64,000 bases of DNA from contig JAGAIZ010000064.1 of assembly GCA_017626325.1 (NCBI GenBank), positions 951 to 64,950 of the forward strand. Reading direction: 5' to 3'. Origin of the DNA: Lachnospiraceae bacterium (GTDB taxonomy: Bacteria; Bacillota; Clostridia; Lachnospirales; Lachnospiraceae). The position numbers were made by a program, and so were the translations under genes. Below the pieces are notes generated by a model, which was not told where the DNA came from, ran no database searches, and saw only the letters and a list, made by a program, of their open reading frames with translations. Every line of letters begins with the position of its first letter. Position 1 is the stretch's first letter. Below are positions 45,535-56,311 of this stretch, piece after piece.

Positions 45535-47115
45535 ATGAGTGAGAGTATGGAAACGTTATTTATAGCGGATGATGAGCTTTCCATCAGAGAAGGCCTAAAA
45601 TGCATTATCGACTGGGAGGAGCTGGGATTTACGCTGTGCGGCGAGGCCGCCAACGGCCAGGAGGCGCTTACGAAGATTCTTGCGTATCGGCCCAGTCTGG
45701 TGATGCTCGACGTAAAGATGCCGGGGATGCACGGCACGGAGATTATGGCGCGGGCGAGGGAAGCGGGTTTTACCGGGAAATGCATTATCTTAAGCGGTTA
45801 TTCGGATTTTAAATACGCACAGGAGGCGATTAAGAGCGGCGTCAGCTATTATCTGACGAAGCCTCTCGACGAAGAGGAATTATATCAGGTGGTCAGCGAG
45901 ATCAGGGATTTGATTCGCAGTGAAAAGCAGCAGTCCAGCCATATTGTGGCTTTAAAGGATAAGGCGAAGAGTATGATTCTTTATGAACTGCTCACAAACA
46001 AGCTGACTGCGCCATTGTCTGAGGAGGATAAGGAGCACTTCCGGCTGACGGCAGAGGTCTATCAGGTGGTAATCTGTGAGGATTTCCATACGCGTGATAC
46101 TTCCGCGCCGTACACCTTCGCGGAGCTGCTTAAGGTGACGAATAAGGAGAATAGTACCTTCGAACATCTGGAGGCGGACAGCAAGGATATTGTATTGCTC
46201 AAGGGCGCCCACGGACAGTACAGGCTGATGGATTTCCTGGAGCATCTGGAAGAACTGCCTCTGCAGTCGGGCAGTCCTATGGCTTCCATGTTCATAACCT
46301 ACGGCAGGCCGGTTTCTGAGGTGGAGGATATTCATCTCTCTTATGAAGATGCGCTGGCGCTTCTAAACCGCCGCTTCTTCTGTGCCCAGGAGCAGCACGC
46401 CCTTGGGTATGAAAGCCTGCCGGGCAATGTGGATAAAGTGCCTTCAAGCCCCCCCCGATGTGGATTTCTGGCGCTTGATAAGTATCTTGCTGCTGATTTT
46501 GTTAATCGCTTCGTGGATTATATTCTATCTTTTAATCGGAAGATGGTAGTCGCCGTTCTGCAGGAGCTGGAAGATACCTGTACGGATACGACGGAGGAGA
46601 TCAGTGCAATTAAGCTGTTTCTGACGGATATTTACCTGCAGATTAAGGAAAGAATTAATCATACCTATGGGGCGGCGGAGATTCCTTTTGAAACAAATTC
46701 AGCGGTCATAGAGTTTATCACCAGCCAGAATTATCTCTATGAGATTATCAGATTCCTGTCGGAGCAGTTCGAGAAGGTGATGAATGCTACCGGTAATCCG
46801 TCCAGAGATACGATTCTGGATGATGTGCTGTTCTATATTGACCATAACTTCAGGAACAATATCAAGCTGGAGACGATCGCGCCGCTGTTTGGCTACAACA
46901 GCGCCTATCTGGGTAAAATCTTCAATAAAACGGTGGGAGAGAGCTTCAATACTTATCTGGATCATAAGAGAATCGAATGCGCCAAGGAGCTTCTCATGGA
47001 AAATAAACTGAAGGTCTATGAGATCGCGGAGCAGGTAGGATATAAGAACGTAGACTACTTCCATAAGAAGTTCAAGAAATACGTAGGAGTAAGTCCTGCG
47101 GAGTATCGGAAGTAA
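45535..47115 (+). CDS. Response regulator with a C-terminal AraC-type HTH (YesN-like)
   Basis: The receiver domain has LFIADDE...VMLDVKMPGM. The C-terminal AraC HTH has FGYNSAYLGKIFNK...GYKNVDYFHKKFKKYVGVSPAEYR. The start could also be 45514 (GTG) or 45547. Confidence 0.9.
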   Translation: MSESMETLFIADDELSIREGLKCIIDWEELGFTLCGEAANGQEALTKILAYRPSLVMLDVKMPGMHGTEIMARAREAGFTGKCIILSGYSDFKYAQEAIKSGVSYYLTKPLDEEELYQVVSEIRDLIRSEKQQSSHIVALKDKAKSMILYELLTNKLTAPLSEEDKEHFRLTAEVYQVVICEDFHTRDTSAPYTFAELLKVTNKENSTFEHLEADSKDIVLLKGAHGQYRLMDFLEHLEELPLQSGSPMASMFITYGRPVSEVEDIHLSYEDALALLNRRFFCAQEQHALGYESLPGNVDKVPSSPPRCGFLALDKYLAADFVNRFVDYILSFNRKMVVAVLQELEDTCTDTTEEISAIKLFLTDIYLQIKERINHTYGAAEIPFETNSAVIEFITSQNYLYEIIRFLSEQFEKVMNATGNPSRDTILDDVLFYIDHNFRNNIKLETIAPLFGYNSAYLGKIFNKTVGESFNTYLDHKRIECAKELLMENKLKVYEIAEQVGYKNVDYFHKKFKKYVGVSPAEYRK

Positions 47116-47130
47116 GGAATGCGACTAAAA

Positions 47131-47181
47131 CACCCTCTTAGCAAACAAGTGTAAATACAGGCTTGCTTGTCTAAGAGGGTG
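47131..47181. terminator. Bidirectional terminator between convergent genes
   Basis: An 11-bp outer stem: CACCCTCTTAG (47131-47141) pairs with CTAAGAGGGTG (47171-47181). It is flanked by an A-run and a T-rich tract. Confidence 0.7.
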
Positions 47182-47185
47182 AATT

Positions 47186-50100
47186 TTATTCTACTCTGAA
47201 ATAGCATAATTTGATATCGCCGGAGAGCCGGATGGCCAGTTCCGCAGGCGTTTTAGTGTCGTGAAGCTCCTCCAGGATACCGGCCGTCGTATCGTTTAAG
47301 GGGATGCGGACATCGGTGTAGACGGGCTTCCAGGTCGCTATGCGGGCCATGGTCTCTTCTGCGGCTTTGGCGCTCATGGGAGCCTGGGGTACCTGAGAGT
47401 AAGTCCGTGTGTCGCCCTGCCAGCTTCCGACGCTTTGCCAGTTGTCTCCGCACTGTTTACTGCCGCCGCCCTGGCGATCTTCGGCATCCTGCCGGTTACC
47501 GGCTGTTCCACGCTTCAACAGAAGCTCTATGTGTCCGCCCTGCACACTTAACAGATGAAGGCAGACGGCGCGTGCTTCCGGGTCTATGCTGCAGTCCCGG
47601 TAATAGAGACTTCCTTCCTGTCCCGGCAGGGGTTCTGCCGCGGTAAAGCCGAACTGTCCCTCACTGAGTACGATATGCTCGTAATCGTCATAATGATCCG
47701 CTTTGATTCTGCGGCTTAAGTCGCGCAGTCCCGGTTTGCCGCCGCAAAGAGCAATGTGCGCGGTCAGAGGAAGGGTCTCGCTGGAAGAGCCTGCGCAGAT
47801 CGTGTATGTTCCTGCTTCCACCATAAGCGACTGGCTGATGACGTCGTAGAACCGGAATTCCGCTATGGGAATGAGGAAGCTGACCTTCCGGCTCTCCTTG
47901 GGCCGTATCGCTTTGATTCTGTCGAAGGCGAGGAGCTGCCTGCGCGGCTTCTTCACTCTGGAGGCGGGGGCTGTGCCGTAGACCTGCACTACCTCGTCGC
48001 TGATGCGGCTGCCTGTGTTTTGTATGGTAAAAGACACAGACAGGTTAATCTGATCGGCAAGCGTTACTGTGAGATCCGAGTAGGCAAAGGCAGAGTAGGT
48101 CAGGCCGTGGCCGAAGGGATAGAGCACATCGCCGTCGAAGTAACGGTAGGTACGGTTTCCTTTGATGATATCGTAATCGTCGATGTCGGGAAGGCTGCTG
48201 TCGTCTGCATACCAGGTCATATTCAGCCGCCCGGCAGGCGCATTTATGCCAAAGAGGGTTTCTGCCATGGCAGTACCCATATCCTGGCTGCCTGTGGCGC
48301 TCCACAGGATAGCGGGAACCTTCTCCTGAGCCGTCCGGATGGCGTAGGGGTAGTTGGAGAATAATGTAAGCACTATATCAGGATTTGCCTGGCAGACCGC
48401 TTCCAGTAAGGCTTCCTGTTCCGGCGGCAGAAGGATCGTGGAACGGTCTGTTTCTTCCTTGGCGTTAATCATGGGATTACAGCCCAGCGCCAGTATGACG
48501 GTTTGCTTCTCTTTGGCCAGGGCGATTGCCTGTTTCATCCCGGATTCTATCACTTCTATGGTAAAATGCACTTCTGTCAGAGATTTGCGGCCTGTTTCGG
48601 ATTGGGATAGCTTCAGGTCGATGCCAACGGTAGGCCCGGTCTGTTTGGTCACGGGCTTTGCCCACAGGCTGCCGTCCCCGGCGGCCATAACGGGATGATC
48701 AAACCGGTTGGTCAGAAGCAGAGCGCCGTCCGCCTGCGGCTCCAGATGGAAGATTTCCATAACGAACCAGTCAAAAGTACGCTCTTTTTCTGCGGCAATC
48801 CTGCCGATCTGATCCGCTTCTTCAGGGCTGACATACAGGCGCGAGTTCATATAGCATCCTGTGCGGACGCAGCGGAAGGTTATGTTGCCCTCGCCCCAGT
48901 CCTGCATGATGAAGACATCCGGCGTATCAGAGAGAGCAAGCGTACCGTCCTCCAGAACCGCAATACCCTTATCGCCGCATTTCAACAGAACGCGGTCCAG
49001 ACCATCCGTATAGGCAACCGTCTGCCCGGTCACGGCTTCCACGCCTTGCCGCAGCGTCGTCTCTGTGTAAGCGGCGCCGCCGTACCAGTCCTGATACCAG
49101 ATATCGCCCAGAGGACCGATTATGGCGACAGACTGTGCATCCTTCCGGGAAAGGGGCAGTAAATTGGTTTCGTTTTTCAGAAGGACGATAGATTCTCTGG
49201 ATACCTGCCTGCAGATTTCCCGGTGCAGGGGAGAATTGAGGTCGTCCTCTGTTACTGTGTCGTATGGGTTGCGGGATACCGCATCGTAGATGCCAAGACG
49301 CAGCTTGGTGCGGAACATATTCCGAAGAGCGCCGTCGATTTCCTCTTTTGTCAGAAGCCCGAGATCATAGGCCTCTCTGGCGGCCTGTGCCACCAGTGCG
49401 GGATTGTCGGACATGGCGTCTATGCCTGCCTTGACTGCGCCTGCCAACGTCTCAGCGTGGGTACCGTAGTAGTGGTGGTAGTCTGCTACCAGTGCCATAG
49501 CGCCGCCGTCGCAGACCGCGTGTCCCAATCCGTACTGTTTCTTCAGAATAGTATTCACCTGAGAATTCAGCATACCGGGAATACCGTTGATTTTATTGTA
49601 GGCAGTCATGATGGCCTCGGCCTTGCCCTGTACGATACATCGGCGGAAGGGTTCCAGATATAGTTCGTAGAGGTTGCGGGGGTCGATAGAGGAGTTCTTA
49701 TAGCCTCTCCCTGCTTCCGTATTATTGCCGTAGAAATGCTTCAGCGTAGCCGCAATCCGCAGGTAACAGGGGTCGTCTCCCTGCATGCCCTGAATGTAGG
49801 CGGAAGCCATTTCACCGGTCAGGTAAGGATCTTCCCCGTACCCTTCCTCGCATCTGCCCCATCGGGGATCCCGTTCCAAATCCACGGTAGGCGCCCAGCG
49901 GCTTAAGCCTCTGTCAGGATGGCGATGGTAGAGAACGCGGGCTTCGGTTCCGGTGACCATGCCGGCCTTTTTCACCAGTTCCGTATCCCATGTGGCGCTC
50001 ATGCCGATAGGCTGGGGAAAGGAAGTGGTCGTTTCGGGTTCTTTGAATTCATTCTGGTCGTTTCTTGCTTCTACGCCATGGGCCGCTTCTCCGCCTACGG

Positions 50101-50254
50101 ACATGCCGGGAATACCCAGCCTTTCCAAGTCGGGCATTCTGGTTGCCAGGCAGTCCAGTTTCTCCTCGATAGTCATAGCGGACAGCAGCCAGTCAAGCCT
50201 TGCTTGTATGGGAAGCGATACGTCCCAGAAAGGGGTTGTTTTGTCTGTTTTCAT
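47186..50254 (-). CDS. Large glycoside hydrolase family 3 enzyme (beta-glucosidase-like) with extra inserted and C-terminal domains
   Basis: GH3 segments RWGRCEEGYGEDP, KHFYGNN and MTAYNKINGIP. The nucleophile region reads HAVCDGGAM. GGAGGA lies ahead of the ATG at 50254. No signal peptide. About 200 extra C-terminal residues are present. Confidence 0.88.
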   Translation of the reverse strand: MKTDKTTPFWDVSLPIQARLDWLLSAMTIEEKLDCLATRMPDLERLGIPGMSVGGEAAHGVEARNDQNEFKEPETTTSFPQPIGMSATWDTELVKKAGMVTGTEARVLYHRHPDRGLSRWAPTVDLERDPRWGRCEEGYGEDPYLTGEMASAYIQGMQGDDPCYLRIAATLKHFYGNNTEAGRGYKNSSIDPRNLYELYLEPFRRCIVQGKAEAIMTAYNKINGIPGMLNSQVNTILKKQYGLGHAVCDGGAMALVADYHHYYGTHAETLAGAVKAGIDAMSDNPALVAQAAREAYDLGLLTKEEIDGALRNMFRTKLRLGIYDAVSRNPYDTVTEDDLNSPLHREICRQVSRESIVLLKNETNLLPLSRKDAQSVAIIGPLGDIWYQDWYGGAAYTETTLRQGVEAVTGQTVAYTDGLDRVLLKCGDKGIAVLEDGTLALSDTPDVFIMQDWGEGNITFRCVRTGCYMNSRLYVSPEEADQIGRIAAEKERTFDWFVMEIFHLEPQADGALLLTNRFDHPVMAAGDGSLWAKPVTKQTGPTVGIDLKLSQSETGRKSLTEVHFTIEVIESGMKQAIALAKEKQTVILALGCNPMINAKEETDRSTILLPPEQEALLEAVCQANPDIVLTLFSNYPYAIRTAQEKVPAILWSATGSQDMGTAMAETLFGINAPAGRLNMTWYADDSSLPDIDDYDIIKGNRTYRYFDGDVLYPFGHGLTYSAFAYSDLTVTLADQINLSVSFTIQNTGSRISDEVVQVYGTAPASRVKKPRRQLLAFDRIKAIRPKESRKVSFLIPIAEFRFYDVISQSLMVEAGTYTICAGSSSETLPLTAHIALCGGKPGLRDLSRRIKADHYDDYEHIVLSEGQFGFTAAEPLPGQEGSLYYRDCSIDPEARAVCLHLLSVQGGHIELLLKRGTAGNRQDAEDRQGGGSKQCGDNWQSVGSWQGDTRTYSQVPQAPMSAKAAEETMARIATWKPVYTDVRIPLNDTTAGILEELHDTKTPAELAIRLSGDIKLCYFRVE

Positions 50255-50418
50255 ATAAATCCTCCATGTCAGAAAAGTATAAACGCAGTAATCTGTGATA
50301 GAGTAAAAAGCGCCGCCGCGTCGTGAAAGCAATTCACGGATACGGCAGCGCCTTTTCCTTCTGTTCCCGCAGGCAGCGGGCCATTTAATCTTCAGAAGAA
50401 TTTCCTGTTATGTATTGA

Positions 50419-52113
50419 TTACTGAACTAACGCAACCTTCTCAGCGATGATGTCTGTCAGCATCTGTTCAGCTTCAGCCATACCGATGGACTCCAGTTCG
50501 TCTAACATAGCGTCGTAGGAGGAATCGAAGTCCGCCTCGGAACCCATGATGCAGCTAATCAGTCTCGGCCATGCCACTTCATCTAACTGGTTAGCGATTT
50601 CATCAAACTCCATGGGCTTCGCATATGCCCAGATAGCGGAGTACGGAGGCGTCTCGAACTCGTCAGCCTGAGGGAATACATCCACCAGAAGCTCTACGCC
50701 CCATGCTTCGCAGGCAGCTTTCTGCTCTTCGTCATAGGTTGCGGCAACAGAAGCGCGGCTCTTGGTTGTGTAGGTGCTTCCTGTGGAATCTTCGATACCG
50801 TCGCCATAGTAAGGGAACGGATAGTTGTGGAAGCCTACGCCGGTCTCTTTAGGATACTCCGTATCCTCTGTCGCTCTTGCGATTTCTTCGTCGGTACGGT
50901 AACGATGTCCCTCTTCATCGATGAAATAATTGACGTCTTCGATACCCCACTGTACTAATACCTGACCTTCGTCGGAGCAGATGAAGTCAAGATACTTGAT
51001 AGCGGCTACCGGATCCTCACAGGAGGTGGAGATACCGATACCGTAGCCGGTGGTAAGACCCTGATACATCAGAGCGGCACACTTGGTGTCCTTATCCATG
51101 GTAAGCGGGATCGGAGCGTATGTGGAGCCATATTTGCCGTCTGTCTTCAATACTTTCTCACCGTCCGCGTAATCCCAGTCTGTATCGAACAGCGCTACGA
51201 CGCGGCCGGAAGCGATTTTAGCGATATAATCCTCATGTGTCTGTGTTGCGAAGTCAGGGTCAAGGATGCCTTCGTTGTACATACGGCACATCCAGCGGAA
51301 ATACTCTTTCTCTTTCTCCGAACGGAACTTGTACATGGCCTGGTTATTCTCGTCGATCAGCCACTGGCCGTTGTCCGGCGCGCCGTCCGCGATGAAGCCT
51401 GCCGGATTGCCCAGCGTAATCATCCAGTGCCAGTCAGAGCAGGATAAGGTGAAGCCGATTCTGTCAAGGCCGTCTTCTGTGGTGGGGCTGGCAGCCAGGT
51501 AATCCTTAATCATGGTCTCGAACTCTTCCAGAGTTTCAGGAAGCTTATAGTCGTTTGCTTTTAACGCGTCCCACTGAAGCTGTGCGGTTCCGGCGTGGGT
51601 AAATACTTCGCCGCCTACGTTGTAGGAGGAAAGCTGATAGATGGACGGGTCGTCCGCCGAGTATTTCAGTTTGTCAAGCTCATCGCCGTAGAGCTTCTTG
51701 ATGTTGGGGCCGTATTCCTCGATCAGATCTGTCATATCGATTAACGCGCCTGCATCGATTAAGCTGCCTGCGTCGCCTTTGGCGAAAATCAGATCAGGAT
51801 AATTCTGTTCTGCGATCATGAGAGGAACGGTTTCATCATTCTGTGAAATCGGATAGGAGGTCTTTAACTGAATACCTGTCTTCTCTGTGATAGCCTGCGC
51901 AACAGGATCTGTCCAGGGGTCTTCCTGTCCGTCCGCGTTGTAGAAGGTCAGTTCGATCACGTCGCCGGAAGCTGCAGCCTCGCTGTCTCCTGCTGATTCA
52001 GTAGTTTCACCGTCTGTCCCGGCAGCCGTATCGCTGCTGCCGCCGCATCCTGTAAGGACGCCTGCTGTCATTGTTACGGCAAGCAACAATGCGCTGATTC
52101 TTTTCTTTTTCAT
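50419..52113 (-). CDS. ABC transporter substrate-binding lipoprotein (large LplA-like family 1 SBP)
   Basis: Signal peptide MKKKRISALLLAVTMTAGVLTGCGG with a lipobox. It lies downstream of two permease genes. GAGG RBS precedes the ATG at 52113. Confidence 0.9.
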   Translation of the reverse strand: MKKKRISALLLAVTMTAGVLTGCGGSSDTAAGTDGETTESAGDSEAAASGDVIELTFYNADGQEDPWTDPVAQAITEKTGIQLKTSYPISQNDETVPLMIAEQNYPDLIFAKGDAGSLIDAGALIDMTDLIEEYGPNIKKLYGDELDKLKYSADDPSIYQLSSYNVGGEVFTHAGTAQLQWDALKANDYKLPETLEEFETMIKDYLAASPTTEDGLDRIGFTLSCSDWHWMITLGNPAGFIADGAPDNGQWLIDENNQAMYKFRSEKEKEYFRWMCRMYNEGILDPDFATQTHEDYIAKIASGRVVALFDTDWDYADGEKVLKTDGKYGSTYAPIPLTMDKDTKCAALMYQGLTTGYGIGISTSCEDPVAAIKYLDFICSDEGQVLVQWGIEDVNYFIDEEGHRYRTDEEIARATEDTEYPKETGVGFHNYPFPYYGDGIEDSTGSTYTTKSRASVAATYDEEQKAACEAWGVELLVDVFPQADEFETPPYSAIWAYAKPMEFDEIANQLDEVAWPRLISCIMGSEADFDSSYDAMLDELESIGMAEAEQMLTDIIAEKVALVQ

Positions 52114-52237
52114 ATTTACCTCTTTTCTGCGCCGCTTTGTATGGAGGATACCGGTCTGTGCAGGCAGCGCACAGTCACAAACCGGTTTTATTTTCATGGA
52201 AATGTGGTAAATACATTTCCAAAAGCAAACTTTGTTG

Positions 52238-53134
52238 TCAGTCTTTTACCGCGCCTACTGTCATGCCGCTTACAAAATACTTCTGTAAGAACGGATAGAC
52301 AATCAGAATCGGAACCGTTGCGATAATCGTAATTGCCATTCTAACGGAGAGCGGAGATATCGTACTGGATGTCTGCTGCGCCGCAGAATGAGGATCGATC
52401 TTCATCTGCGCTTTCTCCATGATCTCGTACAATACGTACTGTAAGGTAGGCAGTTCCTTGGCATATAAATAGGTGTCCATGAAGGCGTTCCATTGTCCAA
52501 CGGCTACGAACAGCGCTACTGTCGCAAGCACCGGCTTGCACAGCGGCAGAATGATTCTCCACCAGATCGTAAAATCATTGGCGCCGTCTACTCTGGCCGC
52601 TTCCTGTAAGGCAATGGGAAGTCCTTCGATGAAGGAACGAATCAGGATAATGTTATACACCCAGATCAGTCCCGGCAGAATATAGACAAGGAAGCTGTTG
52701 CCTAATTTCAGAGTTCGCATGATCAGTAAGTATTCAGGAACCAGACCGCCGCTGACATACATGGTAACGACGAACAATATGGTGAAGAGCTTATTGAAGT
52801 AGAAATCCTTTCTGCTTAATACGTAAGCAATCATTGCCGTACAGATAACGCCTGCCAGCGTACCGATTAAGGTTCTTGCTACGGAGAGCATAAGAGGCGT
52901 AATCAGATGATGCTTCTCAAATACGTAAATATAGTTGCTGACAGTAAATTTTCTTGGAATAATGAAGTTAATATTCCGCATTGTGTCGATCGGGTCGTTA
53001 AACGAAATAGCAAGTACGTTTAAGAACGGATACACGGTCACCATAATCGTAAGTATGAATACGACCAATAGTATGTAATCCAGAATGTTGTCCCGGCTTT
53101 TTATTTTATGATAACTGCCTTTTACTTTAGCCAT
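52238..53134 (-). CDS. Carbohydrate ABC transporter permease (LplC-like)
   Basis: Six helices and the EAA loop EAARVDGANDFTIWWRIILP. Confidence 0.92.
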   Translation of the reverse strand: MAKVKGSYHKIKSRDNILDYILLVVFILTIMVTVYPFLNVLAISFNDPIDTMRNINFIIPRKFTVSNYIYVFEKHHLITPLMLSVARTLIGTLAGVICTAMIAYVLSRKDFYFNKLFTILFVVTMYVSGGLVPEYLLIMRTLKLGNSFLVYILPGLIWVYNIILIRSFIEGLPIALQEAARVDGANDFTIWWRIILPLCKPVLATVALFVAVGQWNAFMDTYLYAKELPTLQYVLYEIMEKAQMKIDPHSAAQQTSSTISPLSVRMAITIIATVPILIVYPFLQKYFVSGMTVGAVKD

Positions 53135-53146
53135 GATAATCCCTCC

Positions 53147-54082
53147 TTAAATCAGTCTGCTTTCGCCCAGCCATCCGGCGATCTTATTTGCAATAAGAAG
53201 CAGCGCGATTCCGACTAATGACTGGAACATACCGATTGCAGTACCAAGACCGTAGTTGCTTGTGCCGATACCTCTGATATAAGCGAACCAGGAAAGTACC
53301 ATTGCATGGTCTTGTACGATAGCGTTGCTGAGAAGCATCTGACGCTCCATACCAACATTTAATGCGCTGCCGATACTCATAATCAGCAGGACGACAACGG
53401 TTGGCTTAATGCCCGGAAGGGTGATGTGCCAGATTCTCTGGAGACGGTTAGCGCCGTCCACCTTGGCGGCTTCATAGAGTCCCGAATCGATACCCGCCAT
53501 GGCGGAGAGGTATACGATGGCATCCCAGCCGACTTCTTTCCAGACATTGATGAGACATACGACGAGCCAGAACAACGGGGAATTGTTGCTCATAAGCTTT
53601 AGGTTTGTGCCGAGCATCGTATCCAGCATACCGCCGTCATTTAATACCATCTTGGCGATACTGGCGATAACAACCCAGGATACGAAGTGCGGCAGATAAG
53701 AGATTGTCTGCGTTATTTTCTTGAAACGGTTGAAACAGATTTCGTTGAGCATCAGAGCAAACAGAATTGCCGATACAGTGCCAAGGGCAATGCCCAGAAT
53801 ACTGATTCCGATGGTGTTGATCATGGTCTGATTAAACAGCCGGTCGGAGAAAGCTTTGATAAAATTGTCGAAGCCTACAAACTCCCGCTCCCAGATGGGT
53901 AACGCGAAGGTTTTCGGCTTTACTTCCTGAAACGCCATCGTCCATCCCCATAAGGGTACATACTTGAAGATAATAAGCCATATTACAAAGGGAACCGACA
54001 TCAACAGAAGATATCGCTGTTTCCACATCAGTTGTAAGCTGAATTTCTGTTTTATGACTTTTTCTTTACTTTTGACCTTCAT
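53147..54082 (-). CDS. Carbohydrate ABC transporter permease (LplB-like)
   Basis: Six helices and the EAA loop EAAKVDGANRLQRIWHITLPGI. Confidence 0.92.
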   Translation of the reverse strand: MKVKSKEKVIKQKFSLQLMWKQRYLLLMSVPFVIWLIIFKYVPLWGWTMAFQEVKPKTFALPIWEREFVGFDNFIKAFSDRLFNQTMINTIGISILGIALGTVSAILFALMLNEICFNRFKKITQTISYLPHFVSWVVIASIAKMVLNDGGMLDTMLGTNLKLMSNNSPLFWLVVCLINVWKEVGWDAIVYLSAMAGIDSGLYEAAKVDGANRLQRIWHITLPGIKPTVVVLLIMSIGSALNVGMERQMLLSNAIVQDHAMVLSWFAYIRGIGTSNYGLGTAIGMFQSLVGIALLLIANKIAGWLGESRLI

Positions 54083-54205
54083 CCAACTACCTCCTCACAT
54101 CTACTTTTCAGGTCTAAGGTTTTGAAGTTGGATTTATTATATAAGAATAAAAGATATAAAAATACCATAAATATTTGACTAAAAGTATCTTACATTTTAT
54201 ACACC

Positions 54206-56020
54206 TTATACAGAGGAGAGAACCTGTTCCATGGGAAGCATCAGCCGTACGGTGGTTCCCTTATGAGGCTCCGAGTACAGATGCAGACGGCAGGTCTCTC
54301 CATAGCAGAGCTTGATTCTTTGATTGATATTGTACAGGCCGATGCTTTTGCTCCTGCTCATATCGTGTTCCTCGATGGCAAGCCGCAGCTTCTGAAGTGT
54401 TTCCTGTGTCATACCGTTGCCGTTGTCTGTGACATCGATGTAGAGCAGTTCGCTGTCGCCGTGTGTTTTCCGGTAAACGGAGAGCGTAATGATGCCGCCC
54501 TGGGAGATATCCTCTAAGCCGTGCAGGATGGCGTTCTCCACAATAGGCTGCAGAAGCAGGGGAAGGATGCGGAGGGTATGAAGTCCGACGCCGTCCTCGA
54601 TTCTCTTAACGTACTGGAAGCGGTCGCCGAATCTAAGCTGCTGGATTGTAATATATGTATCCACATGGTCCAGCTCTCTGCCAAGAGTGGTAAAGGAGGT
54701 GCCTGTGTTGTCTAAGACATAGCGCATGGATTTGCCAAGCAGCTTGATGGCGGTGGCCGCCTCCTTATCTCCCGCGGTGAAAGCCTTCATGCGGATGGTT
54801 TCCAGTGTATTATAGAGGAAATGGGGGTTGATCTGGCTGGCAAGCATCTTAAACTCCATTTCCCGCTGGCTGATTAATAACTCTTTCTCTTTAATCTGGG
54901 CTTCGTATGTTTTCGCTTCCTGTTCTTTAATATTCTGCACCATGACCTGCAGATCCGCGAAGGCTTCCGAAAGCTCGTCATTGCCCTGGAAGGAGGAAAT
55001 CAGTTCATAGTCCTGATTGCTTGCCTTGTGCATTTCCTGACGAAGAAGCATGACTCTGCCTGTAAAATAATCGGTAAAGATATGAATCAGAATACCGGGA
55101 ATGAGGATGGCTACTATCATAATGGCAATACAAAAGGACAGAATGCTCCGAATGGTTAAAAAGCCCTGTCTGTCTATGGTGGTGATATAGAGCCGGGAAT
55201 CCGACTGGTAGGTGTGCAGGGTGGAAATATGGATCAGGCACTGGCGTCCGTCCTGCCGCATCTGACCGCTGTACTGAAAATAAGGTTCGCTGTGGTCGAT
55301 CAGCATAGGCTGACTCCCGCCGTAATACCGCCTGTCAGTGCTGTAGAAGACTGCTTCTTCGTCTGCGGAAATGATGCTTATGTATTCGCTGTTATCGATG
55401 CGGGTACGCAGATAGTCGTCGCTGATAGACAGTACCAGCACCGCGTGATAAGGAGAATTAACCAGAGGTATTTTGCGCACCAGACACAGATTCCAGTATT
55501 CATTGGAATAGGAATCTTCTCTGGACATGCCTGACCAGAAAATACCGGACTGGGAGATTCCCTTCTGATACCAATCAGTCTGCGCAATCTGAGGCGTTAC
55601 CGGTTCGAACTGCTTGTATCCGGTGATAGCAGGGTTGTCGGTATAGATGGTAATCTGCCTGATTTCCGCATAATTGCTGATATAGTTATCCAGAAGAGTA
55701 ATCCGGCTGATGGAATCCCGGCAGTCCGACTCATTTAAGAAGCTGCCTGTGAGGACATTGCGGATATCGTCGTTAAAGGATATATTCTCGGAGATGTTAT
55801 AGATCTGGGTCGTAATCTCGAAGAGCACATTTCTGGCGCGGCGGTTGTCAGATTCCAGCAGGTCTTTGTGATAATTCACCATCAGGCGGTAGCTGTTCCC
55901 CAGCAGGAAGACGCCGATTAATATAATAGGAAGAACAACGACGATGGCGTACATCAGATACAACTGCTGTTTGATGCGTGCTCTGTTGAAGATTTTTAAT
56001 AAATGTATATTATGGTTCAT
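54206..56020 (-). CDS. Sensor histidine kinase (YesM/LytS-type)
   Basis: Two transmembrane helices flank a sensor domain of about 260 aa. They are followed by a HAMP region, the H-box QINPHFLYNTL, and an HATPase domain with DNGNGM. Confidence 0.9.
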   Translation of the reverse strand: MNHNIHLLKIFNRARIKQQLYLMYAIVVVLPIILIGVFLLGNSYRLMVNYHKDLLESDNRRARNVLFEITTQIYNISENISFNDDIRNVLTGSFLNESDCRDSISRITLLDNYISNYAEIRQITIYTDNPAITGYKQFEPVTPQIAQTDWYQKGISQSGIFWSGMSREDSYSNEYWNLCLVRKIPLVNSPYHAVLVLSISDDYLRTRIDNSEYISIISADEEAVFYSTDRRYYGGSQPMLIDHSEPYFQYSGQMRQDGRQCLIHISTLHTYQSDSRLYITTIDRQGFLTIRSILSFCIAIMIVAILIPGILIHIFTDYFTGRVMLLRQEMHKASNQDYELISSFQGNDELSEAFADLQVMVQNIKEQEAKTYEAQIKEKELLISQREMEFKMLASQINPHFLYNTLETIRMKAFTAGDKEAATAIKLLGKSMRYVLDNTGTSFTTLGRELDHVDTYITIQQLRFGDRFQYVKRIEDGVGLHTLRILPLLLQPIVENAILHGLEDISQGGIITLSVYRKTHGDSELLYIDVTDNGNGMTQETLQKLRLAIEEHDMSRSKSIGLYNINQRIKLCYGETCRLHLYSEPHKGTTVRLMLPMEQVLSSV

Positions 56021-56311
56021 GAATATATTGCATTCCTTTTCTCTAGTATTGACCGTATTTCAAATCCAAAAAAAGCGGTATACTTTCCTTATTATCACTT
56101 TTATAATAGTATAAAATTGGGGAATTGAATATAGTAACTATTTGACTTCCTGTGCGGTCACTTCTTATTTCGTACGGACGCCTGCGGCAATCAGGCAGGG
56201 CCGGCGCATAACAGGCCGGAGGAAGTCGGAGCATTCCGGTAATTTTACAGTGACGTGAGAAGGTGGGCTGCCTTAAGGCAGACTGCACGCTTCGGAAGGA
56301 GGATTATTATT

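Noticed and set aside
47253-49663. Multiple 60-200-aa ORFs in both orientations within 47.2-50.3 kb
   Set aside because: All are nested within the 1022-aa GH3 gene and are compositional shadow frames.
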